Assembly (NCBI RefSeq): GCF_001194135.2 | Contig: NC_068982.1 | Location: forward strand, 44,374,625 to 44,438,624 | DNA length: 64,000 nt | Origin: Octopus bimaculoides | Lineage: Eukaryota | Direction: 5' to 3' | Shown here: in pieces, positions 24,230-37,364 of the stretch | How the letters are laid out: every line of letters starts with the position of its first letter | How positions within the stretch are numbered: position 1 is the first letter of the stretch | The notes under the pieces: model-generated | Database searches by the model: none | What the model was told of the DNA's origin: nothing | Seen by the model: the letters and a program-made list of their open reading frames with translations, nothing else | Program-made: the position numbers and the translations under genes

Positions 24230-25560
24230 TTCACCATGTTATACATCACACTTAGAATACGTTAACATTTCTCACAAACGCCAGCATTCAGGAAGACTGC
24301 AATGCACTCAACACAATCTGAATTTCAAGAAATACAGATAACACAAGTGGCATAACAGCATCACAACTAACCTCTAATTATATCCTAAACAATCTACACC
24401 GGCACACACACATACCTCTACAAGCAAATTACAACTCTTCTCCAGACATCACTTCCTTTCCTTCATGCTTAGTTGTGATGGCATAACACCCGGGCAGCAA
24501 ATTCTTCAAAGTTCTTCAAATCATCAACCAATTATCGTACAACACGCTGACATATCAACGAAGGAAGAAGAAATACATTTACAAACCTCAAGAACACCCG
24601 TTGGAGCAAGTTCCACCAAAATGTAGAGTGGTTTTCAGAATTCGACATTATCACATTCACTAACATAGAAACGGCTGTACACACATTTAGGAAAATAGTT
24701 ATAGGTGCATCAAAAACGTTAATATGTCTCACTAAGCATGTCATGATAATGTAACCCCATTTGTACATGTTATACATCATAAAGAGTGAATGTTAGAGAA
24801 ACTAGAGATAAACTCAAACACAGTACACTTAACATCACACATTACAGAAACCAAACAACTAAACAAAGAAACAGCAAAAAATAAAGCCAAACAAGAACAG
24901 AAAACTTACAAACATTTGTATTCAATATAAACTATAAAACAAACAGTAAAACACTATAGAATTAGAATCATGCCATAGAAGCAGCGTTATAGTAAAATCT
25001 TTTATCAATATTACTTAACGTTTGTGAGTTAACATTGACATTGAAAAGCTGCATTTACGGCGAAATGCGTATCTGTTGCTCTCGCGGTCACTTCATGGGC
25101 GATTTCGTTCCATCCATCACTGAAATAAATGATGATTTTTAACACAATATGTCTATGAAGGATTTTCTTCGGACAAAAACCGCAGTTTCTGGATTTTCGA
25201 CGCCACAATTACGTTAAGTATATTATACTGATGAAGTCTTTACAGCATAGAATAATTAGCACCATGGGCAGCAACAACAGCAGACAACGTATCACCATAA
25301 CAACTTTAAAAGACATATCTACATTCCAATACCAAACAAACACTTAAGATATTTCTGGAATATCAGCCGCCAAAAGCCACAAAAAGACAAGACAAAATGA
25401 AAAATATGCACGTTTGGTCTTGACTTTATGTTTATGCCTTCCTTTCATCGGAAATTCAATAAGCAATACGAAAATCTAACTACTCAAAAGCCTTAGTATC
25501 AGACAAAATCACAAACATACTCATAAAACACATAGTAACAGATGAGATCACTAACCACTA
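24230..25560 (+). mobile_element. Degenerate APE-type LINE (I/Jockey-like) endonuclease and RT remnants, interrupted
   Basis: IQEDCNA (cf. GDFNA), SSPDIT, SSNHQPII (cf. SSDHLPII), FTNLKNTRWSKFHQNVE; a weak IPIP-like motif near 25325. Confidence 0.5.
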
Positions 25561-25629
25561 CACTAACCAAGATCATGAGCTACTCATACCGACACTGGAT
25601 AGTTTCCCTGAGATCCGGAAACTAAGCAA

Positions 25630-26080
25630 AATTCTAGCAAATGCTAGGTAATCACCGAAAGAGAACGATCGACAATAGAAGCGACCGAAATGGGGTTCAT
25701 CTGGAGGATCTACAGAGTAATGTTACTCGACAAGGTGCGTAGCTAGGAGATCAAAATCTCTCCAGGTCGAGTCGCTACATCTCCGCATTGAGAAATCACA
25801 GCTCCGGTATTATGGACATATGGTTAGAGTGTCATAGGAAAGAATCGTAAGGCGGATTCTTCAACGCGAGTCAACTGGCAGGAGATCTAGAATTGATCAA
25901 GAACGAGATGGATAGATAATACCCATAATCTCAGTTGGACACGCTTATGAATCCAGCTGGAAAGCCTAATAATAGTTGCTTCTGAAAGGACCTTATGGAG
26001 GAGGTGTGTGAGCATTCTCAGACAACATTTTCAGGAATATTGAATGGAGATGGTTAGATAGATGGATATCATAAACACTG
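25630..26080 (+). mobile_element. RTE-clade LINE 3' coding fragment
   Basis: ERSTIEATEMGFIWRI..V.LLDKVRS...IEKSQLRYYGHMVR; homologous to 33990-34440. Confidence 0.8.
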
Positions 26081-26139
26081 ATTATATTTTTATGCACATC
26101 TTCGAAACTTTTAGAAATGTCAATTATTCTCTTCTACTC

Positions 26140-26285
26140 TAGGCACAAGGCACGAAATTTTGGGGGAGGGGGCCAGTTGATTAGAACGACTCCAGTACGC
26201 AACTGGTACTTAATTTATCGACTCCGAAAGGATGAAAGGCAAAGTCGACCTCGGCGGAATTTGAACTCAGAACGTAATGACAGAT
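26140..26285 (-). mobile_element. SINE family A 3' half
   Basis: ggtacttaatttatcgactccgaaaggatgaaaggcaaagtcgacctcggcggaatttgaactcagaacg. Confidence 0.85.
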
Positions 26286-26519
26286 GAATGATACCCCATA
26301 TATTCTCCTGTCCACAAAACTACCTATTCCCCTCACCAAGTCATATAGCGAATTCAAATCTCCCAAACGTAGCATTCGAACAACTAATCACACAAATAAA
26401 AATAGATTCTATTTTCTGATACCTGTCAACGTATACACAAAGTTGATAGGTGTATTTACGTACCAGCTTCCAGAAATGTGTTTAATATGTAAAATTTGTA
26501 TATCCAATAACGTTACACC

Positions 26520-26684
26520 CACTAGCGTAGCTAAGGAGGCCATGGGGTGGGGTCTGCTCGGGATGACACTTTTAAAGAGAACCACTTTTAAGTCTACTGT
26601 AGGCAATATGTGATTTAAGTGGGATCCGGTGGGTGGCAAACGGAAGACCCGTCCCGGGCGGCACACACTGTAGCTATGCTGGTG
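26520..26684. mobile_element. MITE with 14-bp TIRs and a perfect 8-bp TSD (hAT-type), 165 bp
   Basis: TIRs cactagcgtagcta / tagctatgctggtg (2 mismatches); TSD gttacacc at 26512-19 and 26685-92. Confidence 0.85.
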
Positions 26685-27599
26685 GTTACACCGCTATATG
26701 TAGTGGCCAGTTAAGTAATCTGTTCGTAATTGATTAATGGATTGGATTGGTGCTGATGAAGGAGCGAAAACTTATCCATTTTCATCTTCGGTTTGCATAA
26801 AGCGTCTCGATAACGAAACGTCGTAGCAAAAACAGCGTTGGCTAAAATTTCTATTGAAAATCTGTAGAAATAACCTTAACAAGTGATACAAAGTATTCAA
26901 CTCCATTTTAAGAAACAACACAAAAACGATGGCTTGGTAAGCTAAATGTCAGCTTGCCAAGCCTATGTAGTGTATAAGAGCAACACTTTAAATCTGTTCT
27001 CTCTAACTTTCTTCAACATATACTTACGCAGACTTTTCTCCGTTACTTATAACAAATGACATCATACTAACATCTTCCCACTAATCTCCTGACACAACTA
27101 GATAACTACTCCAAGCCTACAGCAATCACCTACAAACATGCTTTCAGACCAGCTTTAAAGTAACGCCCAGCCAAATACACACACGTGCGCGCGCATACAG
27201 TCTCCCTCTCTCTCTTTCCTCCTCTCTCCCTCTCTCTCCCTCTCTCTCTCACCCATACCGTATGTGTGTGTGTGTGTGTGCATGTGTATGTGTGTGTATG
27301 ATTGTGTGTGTGTGTGTGTGTGTGTGTAATTGTGTGTGTTTGTGTATGTACATATGTAGTCGATTTAATAAACGAGAGAAAGAGTACTCAATACATTCTG
27401 TAGAGTATAAACATTTGCACAAATCTGTTGTTACTTTTTTCGTTGCCTGAAGGATTGCATCAAGTGATAAATTGTTAGTAGCAACAAAATAAACCACAGC
27501 TTCGTACATACGTACATATATGCACAGAAACATACATATATACACATATACGTATATACATACATATATTCATGCGTATGCAAATATGAGTCCTTTGGG

Positions 27600-27919
27600 T
27601 GGGAATTGACGCTTACGATATGCTGGACTGTGCAAACCACGACCCAGACTTCATGAGCACCATCCTCACTGGTGATGATAAATAGGCTTATAGTCTCTGC
27701 TCGATGCATTCCGTCTCTAACGTGAAAACAAAAATCGGACGAACGCGCGCTATACGTCTGTACTCTACAGGTAACAGCCGGGAACTGATGCGGCCTTCCG
27801 GCGCGAAAATTTTCATGCATGTGCAGGAAGGGTGGCCTCACCTTCCATCCGAAGGACTTTTCCCAAACGGCATTAGTTATAGCGGGAAGAATGAAAGTCA
27901 GCTTTTTCATGAACGCACC

Positions 27920-27925
<6 letters not shown>
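27600..27925. mobile_element. Rearranged mariner remnant
   Basis: Plus strand DMLDCANHDPDFMSTILTGDD (cf. ITGDETW); minus strand carries a left-end-like region with TECIEQR (cf. mariner N-terminal ..IEQR). Confidence 0.6.
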
Positions 27926-27965
<40 letters not shown>

Positions 27966-28644
27966 GTGTGTGTGTGTGTGTATATATCTATATATATATA
28001 TATATATATATATAGATATATATATATATATAGCTTCAGCTTACTTAGCCTAAATAGGAACTAGATCACATAGTATTACTGACTGTCATAGACTGGTGAT
28101 ACACGCAAGGGAAATTATGCCTCGTATCTAATTCACGCAATCGCACTGGAATTAAGCACCGACTTTCAAGAGCGTAGGAGTAAAGGCAAATATAAACGTA
28201 TATTTGTTTATATACAATCTTTTTCCATGTGTATTGAACTCTCTGGCATAAGGTTGCGGTTCACAGTGTGAACCACATTTACAACTCCATACCGGTTGTT
28301 GTTTTTCTTTTCTATTTATTCTATGTTATTTTTAAATTGAAACATTAATGAAGCACGCTGCAAACACAGTGAAATGATTATGATTCATGACAGATGTATG
28401 TCAACATATGACATATCTAAACTCAGTTAAAGATTTATTTCTGCTGTTATTAAGTTCATTGGCAATAATCTAGCGAATCACAAACTTTTCTATGCTCCAA
28501 CCCTTAACCGTTTAACTGCGAAATTAAAATTTCATAGTTATTCTAGTAATGATGTAATGTAACTAACAAAAATAGAATTGATATTTTTTGCCACTAACGT
28601 TGTCATAATAAGCTTCATATATCTCAATAAAAAAATGGCTTCTA

Positions 28645-29005
28645 GCCCAAGAGTTTTCAACCATTTTTAAAATCTAGGGATCCCTTTGATTACTATTTTA
28701 TTCTGGTGGACCCCTATAGCCATTCGATGTTTAAAAACTAGTTTTATAAAAAATTCTTTCAAAATTCCTATTTTGTTTCTCACACATTTCACTTGTGTAG
28801 GTTGAACTATGTTACATGTTAGAGAAAGAAATCTGACTGTTTCTTGCAATACATACCAATACATACATCTCAAGCAAAACTTTTTCGGAGGCCCATGAAA
28901 TACTACTGTGAATCGCCGATTTACTATTTAGTTGCATAGACCTCCGAAAATCTTATTTGGACCCTCAGGGGCCGTATGGACCCCAGCTGAGAACCAGTTT
29001 TCTAA
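28645..29005. mobile_element. Possible degenerate hAT MITE
   Basis: caagagttttcaacc start; ...ggggccgtatggacccc.gctgagaacca end motif. Confidence 0.35.
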
Positions 29006-29619
29006 CATGACATTCCCCAACGAAGTTCAGAGAAGCCAAAACAATTTCAAGTAATTAAAATCTATACCGTTAGCGATAAATCAGATAGATTAGTATATTA
29101 AACTGCTTCTTGCTGCAAAGTGATGAAATTTTGAGTGGATCTGTTATTTGCAATAAAAGGGCTAGGAAATGTTTAATTAATTTTCGCAAATAACAAAGTT
29201 GAAGATGAAAATGTCATTTTTTAATTAATTTATTCATTATTTTATTAAATTTTCAATTGAACCACAATCAGTATTTAGGAATAATAAAATTTTTAGTGTG
29301 CTCAATAGAATAAAGTTATTTTTACAAATTAATAATTTTATCTTGGAAAGCAATGTTAATAAAATATAGACATTCCCTCTTTGAAATACTATCTGGAATC
29401 CCCAGCGAGTGCAGACATCTCAGGCTGAGAATCCTTGCAATAATCAAATCAGTATGGCTTTTTGTGAGGGGTTGTATACGATTACTTAACCAGTTTGAAA
29501 TAACAGCTAAACCTCCCCCAATTCATAACTTATCTTAAAAAGGGAATGACATAGTAGATTATATAGTATTTAGCGGAGACACGATATCTGAACGAGAGAG
29601 AGTGAGTGAGTGAGAGAGT

Positions 29620-29695
<76 letters not shown>

Positions 29696-31009
29696 TGAGT
29701 ACCTTTGATCATAAGTCTACTTGATAAAGTCTATGCTGGAGCAAAATAATGAGAACAACAACAACACAAGAACAACGAACATAACTTCATAGTATGTGGA
29801 TAAATGCTTGTTGTTCGGCAACATTATGATTAGAACCCACTTGTGTAAATTATTAGACAACTTGAAAACTTAAGCATTGAAGTAATATCATCTGGTGTTC
29901 CCAGTAACTGGTATTTAATTTGAAGTTGTGAGATGCGATGAAATGACATGAGTGGATAAGTTATTGATTCATCTGTTCATGAATTTAATGCTATTTGTTT
30001 TATCATATTGTTCTATATTACATTACTTCTCCTAAATGGCAAGGAATAAGTTTTAGATTAGTTTGTGTCAATAGACACTATATAAGCCTGGTTCAGCCTG
30101 AGATCAGAGTTAAATGTTGTTTTATCTAAACATTGATTCTGAATCATGCTGGGTGTATTGAATATTGAGCTGTTACATGCTAAAAACCTAACATGTACAG
30201 AGCATTAACTACCCGGATTTTCTTCAGTTATACATGTGTCATTCAAGAAACGACTTAAAATTTGTTAACCAATTCAATGCTGATTCGTTCATATTTTCAT
30301 GTGACACGTCTGTTATTATCTAAAGGGAAAGTATTACAATTTCTGCATTTGAGAAAGAAGAAAAATACATTTATCGTAATGCATTTTCCTGCTTCTCTCC
30401 ACAGATAGCACCCTTACTTTCCAGACTAGCAAGACGTGGCATAAGATAATAAGAACGAATCAACATTCAATTTGTTAGCAATCCTTATAGTAGTTTCTGT
30501 AACTGATCATGTATAAATGAAGGTCGTACTATACAAATACACTCACCACATACAAACACACACGCGCACATACAGACACATACATGCAAAAATACACATA
30601 CATATACACATACTTACACGTGTACACATTAATATAATTTCTTTCATAAACACAATACCAACGATATTTACTTTTACATTTTCTACGGTTCCACCCTATG
30701 TTTAATACCTTAACTTTCACTATCGCTCTTTCACTTCGTTTATCCTTCTATTTCTCCCCTCTCTCTTATGCTCTTATTACTGCCTTTCGTCTCTATTCAG
30801 TGGACTAATTCTCGCTCTCAGATATATGCAAGCATTCTTTGAATATATTTTCTTTCACGCATATCAACTCCCGTATCACCAACACACACGTTTTTCCAAT
30901 TAATCTCAATTTAGTAAAATAAATACTAACAAGCTCGAATAAGTAAGAAAAAAAATTCATTTAAATCATAGCCTTAGTAATAAAACAGTCATTATCGATA
31001 CGGTTAAAG

Positions 31010-31390
31010 AATAAGTACCAAACTTAAATTAAGTACTGGGGTCGAATTGTTCGTCCAAACCTATCAGGGTGGTGTCCCAGTATGGACACAATTCAGTGAC
31101 TGAGATAAATAAAAAGACTAAAACAGAAAAGAAAGAACATATAATATGCCCATTGGGAATAAGGTGCCGAAATTGCCATGACTTCAACGACTGATGAAGA
31201 GAGTCATCTGCTTAAAAGTAGGTAGTGTGGTCGCTTTGTTACACTAAACTCTTCAATTTGGTGCCCCAGTTTGGCCGCAGTTCAGTAACTTTAATAAGTA
31301 AAAGAATAAAAAATAAAAGGAAAGAACATAATCTCATACACTGTAAAGTGTCGAAATCGCCATGACCTCAGCAGCTGAAAAAGGTAGCCA
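31010..31390 (+). repeat. Two tandem degenerate SINE-tail modules
   Basis: ggtg.cccag..tgg.c.ca.ttcagt.act....aataa...aaagaacata.....gtg.cgaaat.gccatgac.tca occurs twice, about 190 bp apart. Confidence 0.6.
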
Positions 31391-32449
31391 ACTGTTTATA
31401 TCCATTTTGTTTTGAGTTTATTTTCCGTTTCTTATACGTTTTCGTTGCTCTGAGTGCTTATTTTCTTCCAATTTAGTCACTAATGCAAGAAGTGTTTTGC
31501 CCTCTGACACATACACACATCCACATCCACACAAACCCACACACGCATACAGACAAAGCATGAACGCAGACATACGCATGCATACATATACATGTTTATA
31601 TATGCGCGTATGTGTGTGTGTGCGTGTGTGTGTATGCGAAAATGTATGCGTGTGTATACATGCATATGTTTATGTATCTTTAACAATATGCACACACATA
31701 ATTACATTCAAATATAATCTACACCTTACTCACACAAACGCATACGCATATACACGCATAGCCACAGTAATATGTGAATATAACTTCGCTCTCGTTCCCT
31801 CATCTAGTTACTCCTTATATCATCCCCAAATTACATTCGCTCATAAAATGTAATTTTATTCATGAAATAATTATTGTTAGTCAAAATATCGGATATTATA
31901 CCAAATATATCTCCCATTCTCTTCTGCAGAATAATTCCTGACCAATAGCATTTCTGCTTCAATTCCACCCCACTTGTTTTTTCTGCTTTTCATTTCTTCG
32001 ATGGATTTTTTTTTTGAAATTTCACCAGTGTTTTTTGTTTTGTTTTTCCCTTCCTGGTTTTGTTGTCTTTTTACAAAACTATGTATTTTTACATAATGTT
32101 CAGCAAATGTATTTTAACTGCAGTCCAGACATATTCACCCATAAATATTCTATTACCATATTTATACCTCTTTATTAACTTACATCTCCTTTGGCAATCT
32201 TTCTCTCCCTCACTCGCTCTCGCTCTCTCTCTGTCCCTCATTTTGTCTTTCTCCCAAATTATCTATTTATCTTACTGTCCTTCTTTTCTTTCTTTCAATC
32301 GCTCTCTCCATCAATATCACTTGTTAGCTACTGCACTTCTTTTATTGTTCTTGCTCCTTAACTTACTCTTCCCAAACCATCTTCCTCTCCTAGCCACATC
32401 CATCCATCCATCCATCCATACATACATACATACATACATATATATGATT

Positions 32450-32494
<45 letters not shown>

Positions 32495-33159
32495 TGTATG
32501 TATGTATATGTATATACACATTTATATACACACATATATATATACACACTTATATATACATAAATACACACATACATATATTATAAGTGTGTGTATGTGT
32601 GACCGTGTATGATGCAGTGAGCGCGCTAGCATACACGATAGAGAAGCCAAAAACAATTTGAATTAATTAAAAACTATACCCTTAGCGATGACAAAAATCA
32701 TTATCTAAATTAGTAATTTTGATTTAAAAAATAATAGAAAAGCAAACACCGAAATTTTAATTTATTAAAATTAATTGAGAATTGGGTGTAGTGAAAATTG
32801 TGGATCATGTTATAACTCATCAACGAACGATAGTCTAGCTATTTATAAAGATTAGAGATGTATATATGTACGAACAATAAATGGAGTCATCAGTTTAAGA
32901 AATGGCTGAGAGAAAATACACAGTAACGCCTGATGCTTAAAAGTTAATAGTACAGCAGGCATTAACATATCTGATGTATTAAGTCGAGAAATTCTATTTT
33001 ATCAAAAATATATCCAGCAGAATACCTGTTCCAGCGCATCTACTTCGCCATCCTCCGGGGCAACGCCTTTTCCATTTTGTCTTCTAGAACTATGAGTCGG
33101 TCTGAATTACAGGAAATTGTATGTTCTGCTCCTTAATGTAACGTTATTCAATGGCATAT

Positions 33160-33530
33160 GTTGTTGATGTTGGCACTCCGTCGCTTACGACGTCGAGGGT
33201 TCCAGTTGATCCGATCAACGGAACAGCCTGCTCGTGAAATTAACGTGCAAGTGGCTGAGCACTCCACAGACACATGTACCCTTAACGTAGTTCTCGGGGA
33301 TATTCAGCGTGACACAGAGTGTGACAAGGCTGACCCTTTGAATTACAGGCACAACAGAAACAGGAAGTAAGTGTGAGGGAAAGTTGAGGTGAAAGAGTAC
33401 AGCAGGGTTCACCACCACCCCCTGCCGGAGCCTCGTGGAGCTTTAGGAGTTTTCGCTCAATAAACACTCACAACGCCCGATCTGGGAATCGAAACCACGA
33501 TCCTATGACCGCGAGTCCGCTGCCCTAACC
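33160..33530 (-). mobile_element. tRNA-derived SINE family B, near full length
   Basis: Reverse complement matches 53536-53905 across its length. Confidence 0.9.
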
Positions 33531-33584
33531 ACAATTTTCATGCCTTCACGAAAGTGTTTCCAATGCACAATTCTTATCCTCTCC

Positions 33585-33785
33585 AGTTCACTCAGCTGTA
33601 GAAATTAGTTACGACGTCACTGGTGCCAAGCTATAACGGCTTTTGCCTTTCCCTTGGATAACATTGGTGGCGTGGAGAGGGGAGAATGGTATGCATAGTA
33701 ATTGTTGGTCTTTCATAAACAACCTTGCTCCGACTTGTGCTTCTAGGGGCAATCTCATGGTTATTTATGACTGAAAGGGGGTTAG
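33585..33785 (+). mobile_element. Additional SINE-like repeat body
   Basis: agttcactcagctgtagaa...cattggtggcgtggagagggg...ataaacaaccttgc...catggttatttatgactgaagggg; no head seen. Confidence 0.45.
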
Positions 33786-33989
33786 AGATCCCCACCAAGA
33801 AAGTCTTCTTCCTAGTGCACTCTGCATGTTAGCAGAACATTGCTGAGACAAGTATAAAACTATCGCACGAGTGATAGGAAGCAGAAGTCTGAACTGGATG
33901 CTAGAAATTGCAGATATTTGACAATGTAATGCGCCAACTCCAGCATTCATTCCTCAGAAAAGGAGAAGTTTGTATCTTCGGTTCGGTTT

Positions 33990-34440
33990 CCGTGCTTGTC
34001 CTCAACTACGATCGTGAATGTTGGGTAATGACAGAAAGACAACGACCGAGAATGCAAGCAGGCAAAATGGGGATCTTTTACTAAGGATCTCTAAAGTAGC
34101 GTTACTCAACAGAGTGCGTAGCGCGGAGATCAGGGAATCTCTCCAGGTTGTGCAGCTATTTCTCTGCATTGAGAGGACAATGCTCCGGTACTACGGACAT
34201 GTGATAAGAATGTCGCAGGAAAGAATCGCAAGACAGGTTCTTCAAACCTAGTCGATTGGAAGGAGACCGTGATGTTAGCCAAGAAAGAAATTTTGGGATA
34301 ATATCCATAATTTTCGTTGGTCGCACTTGGAAATCCAGCTGAAAATTCTGACAGTTGCTTCTGATAGAACTGTATGGAGGAGGTAACTGGGACTCTACTA
34401 CCACGACCCTCCTAGGACTAGAGGGCGGAGAAGTAAGATG
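33990..34440 (+). mobile_element. RTE-clade LINE 3' coding fragment
   Basis: LLRISKVALLNRVRSAEIRESLQVVQLFLCIERTMLRYYGHVIRMSQERIARQVLQ. Confidence 0.85.
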
Positions 34441-34814
34441 GATGGGCATAAAAGTGTACTTTTAGTAAAGAGAACAATGTAATCCATATCTAATGACTAA
34501 TTCTTGTAAAAGAATTCTAACAATCAGGCGAGACAAATTTATTTATGTGTTTGCATTCTCTCGTATTTGTATTTTCATTATCTGAATCTCCCTCACACAC
34601 CCCTCCATCACTACATCTGGTATCTTTCGTTTTCTTTTCTTTCTTTTCTTTCTTTTTTTGTCTCTTCAGTTAATAATTCTTATTTCCTTCTTTTCTTTCC
34701 TTTCTGCCCCCAAAGTTCAACTTCGCTCTTTTTTTCACAGGTTCTCTGTCTTTCTTTCATTTCTTCTTCTTCCTCTTTCTCCCCCTTCTGCTCCGCTTCC
34801 TCTTCTTTTTCTTC

Positions 34815-34985
34815 TTCTCATCATCATCATCATCATCATCATTATCATCATCATCATCATCATCATCACCATCATTGTCATCACCACCATCATCATCATT
34901 GTCATCGTTATCTTCGTCATCATCATCATCGTCGTCGTCGTCGTCATCGTCATCATCGTCGCCGTTATCTTCGTCGTCGTCGTCG

Positions 34986-35076
<91 letters not shown>

Positions 35077-35100
35077 TATCATCGTCGTCATCGTCATTTC
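34815..35100. repeat. (TCA)n/(TCG)n trinucleotide repeat
   Basis: Direct inspection. Confidence 0.95.
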
Positions 35101-35424
35101 TCTCTCTTTTCCATTCTCCATTCCGCTTTTCTTTTACTTTACCTAGTTAACTTTCCGTCTTTTTTAAAAAAATATATATTTTCCCTCCTATCTTTTGTCT
35201 CATCACTAGTTTCTGCATTTGCTTTTTCCTTTTCTCACTATCTTTCATTCTTTATATCTAACTCCTTTTATCCTCATTTTTCTATATCTTCTCGTCTTTT
35301 TAGTCTTACGTGCTCTGACACCCACCCCATACCAGTCAAAATAACCATGTATTTAGCGTAACGCTCGACGCAAAGCACCAAGTTTTGCACAAGGCAAACA
35401 ATAGGTTTTCATTATTAGAGAGTA

Positions 35425-35970
35425 CAAAGAAAGGCGGTAAGCTGGCAGGATCATTACCACGCCGGGCAAAATGCTTAGTGCCATTTTGTCCATCTTTACA
35501 TTCTGAGTTCAAATTCCGCCGAGGTCGACTTTGCCTTTCATCCAATTGGGATCGATAAATTAAATGCCAATGAAACACTGGTGTCGATGTAATCGACTAG
35601 TACCCTCCCCCAAAACTTCAGACCTTGTTTTTCCGTTGTGAGTTCAAATTCCGCCGCGGTCGACTTTGCCTTTCATCCAATTGGATCGATAAATTAAATA
35701 CCAATGAAATATTGGGGTCGATGTAATTGACTAGTACCCTCCCCCCAAAACTTCAGACCTTGTGCCTTTAGTAGAACGGATTATTAGGACCTAGAAAGCA
35801 ACGAGCTGGCTAAATCGTTAGCACGCCGGGCAAAATGCTTTGTGGCATATCGTCCGTTTTTATGTTCTGAGTTCAAATTCCGCCGAAGTCTACTTTACCT
35901 TTCATCCTTTCGGGGTTGATAAAATAAGTAGAAGTTGAGCACAGGGTCGTTGTAATCGACTTACGCCTTC
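35425..35970 (+). mobile_element. SINE family A cluster: one copy with an internal ~135-bp tandem duplication (to ~35790), then a second copy (35795-35970)
   Basis: The duplicated segments share private variants (catccaattgg, actagtaccctcc, aacttcagacc). Confidence 0.85.
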
Positions 35971-36024
35971 TCCGAAATCGCTTGCATTGTATCATGATTT
36001 TGTGGGGGTACGGAGAAAAATATA

Positions 36025-36430
36025 TAGCCAGGAGTGGCTGTGTGGTAAGTAGCTTGCCTACCAACCACATTGTTCCGGGTTCAGTCCCACTGCGTGGCAT
36101 CTTGGGCAAGTGTCTTCTACTATAGCATCGGGCCGACCAAAGTCTTGTGAGTGGATTTGGTAGACGGAAACTGATAGAAACCTGTCGTATATGTATCTGT
36201 GTGTATGTTTGTGCATGTGTGTTTGTCCCCACCACCAACATCGCTTGACAACCGATGCTGGTGTGTTTACGTCCCCGTAACTTAGCAGTTCGGCAAAAGA
36301 GACCGATAGAATAAGTGCTAGGCGTACAAAGAATAAGTCCTGGGGTCGATTCGCTCGACTAAAGGCGGTGCTCCAGCATTGCCGCAGTGAAATGACTGAA
36401 ACAAGTAAAAGAATAAAAGAATAAAAGAAT
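36025..36430 (+). mobile_element. tRNA-derived SINE family C (CORE-like central motif)
   Basis: aggagtggctgtgtggtaagtagcttg...ttccgggttcagtcccactgcgtggcatcttgggcaagtgtcttc...; (taaaagaa)n tail; matches 59945-60321. Confidence 0.9.
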
Positions 36431-36840
36431 TATTGATTTAGTACACTGATTTCTCTCGACAAGTACCAAGTGTCGACTAAGTTAATTTCATACATTGATT
36501 GAATGATACCAATGTATATTACTGGTATATTGTTTGATTTTTTGATGGTTGGGAATAGTAAATTAAGTAGCAAGAATAATGAAGGAAGAGGGGTAACTAA
36601 CGAGATATTGATAGAAAGAACGATTAAGAAAAAGAAAAGATAGTCATTGAGATTGACAGATGAACAGAGAGAAAGAGAGAGAGAAAGGGAGAGTGAAAGG
36701 GAGAAACAAAGACAGACTGAAATTACCAAGGCAAACTGTTAGTAAAGAGTTATGAATATAATCATAATCAGAACAAAGAAGATTTGGACTTGATGCTATA
36801 GAATGTATAGACTGTTCTATATTTAAGAGATGAGGAATTG

Positions 36841-37089
36841 TGTACATTATTTACATTATTTACATTCGACGGATATTTATCCTCAACTTGTTTGTTTTTA
36901 ACACAACATTTCGACTGATATACCCTCCAGCCTTCTTCAGGTGTCTTGGAGAAAAATTTCGAACCTGGGTTCTCATTCCTAAGGTATTTTTCGATGTTAA
37001 TTTTATTATTATCCAGGTCACTGCCTGGAATCGAACTTGGAATCTTGGGGTTAGTAGCCCGCGCTCTTAACCGCTACGCCATATGTCCG
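36841..37089 (-). mobile_element. tRNA-derived SINE family D with hammerhead-containing tail
   Basis: Head tggcgtagcggttaagagcgc (A box) and gttcgattcc (B box), short (AAT) linker, body, (tgtaaataa)n tail. Confidence 0.85.
36900..36945 (-). ncRNA. Minimal type I hammerhead ribozyme motif (Penelope-like)
   Basis: Minus strand GACAC-CUGAAGA-A-GGCUG-gaggguauau-CAGUC-GAAA-U-GUU-GUGUU: stem I GACAC/GUGUU, stem II GGCUG/CAGUC, intact core, loop-less helix III. Confidence 0.6.
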
Positions 37090-37091
37090 TT

Positions 37092-37145
37092 GTGGTTAAG
37101 AGCACGAGCTAGATTCCGAGTTCGATTCCAAGCAGTGACCTGAAG

Positions 37146-37222
<77 letters not shown>

Positions 37223-37364
37223 CAACATCGAAAAATACCTTAGGAATAAGAACCTAGGTTCAAAATTTCCCCAATACACCTGAAGGTATACCAGCCGAAA
37301 AATTGTGTTAACAACAAACAAGATGAGGACAAATATCCGTCGAATGTAAATAATGTAAATAATG
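37092..37364 (+). mobile_element. SINE family D, second copy, head-to-head with the first
   Basis: gtggttaagagc...gagttcgattccaagcagtgacctga(aac/aat)n...gaggacaaatatccgtcgaatgtaaataatg; the hammerhead core carries an ~11-nt deletion. Confidence 0.85.

Noticed and set aside
26753-26830. CUGAUGA ... GAAACGUC hammerhead-like words
   Set aside because: Stem I and stem II pairing cannot be built.
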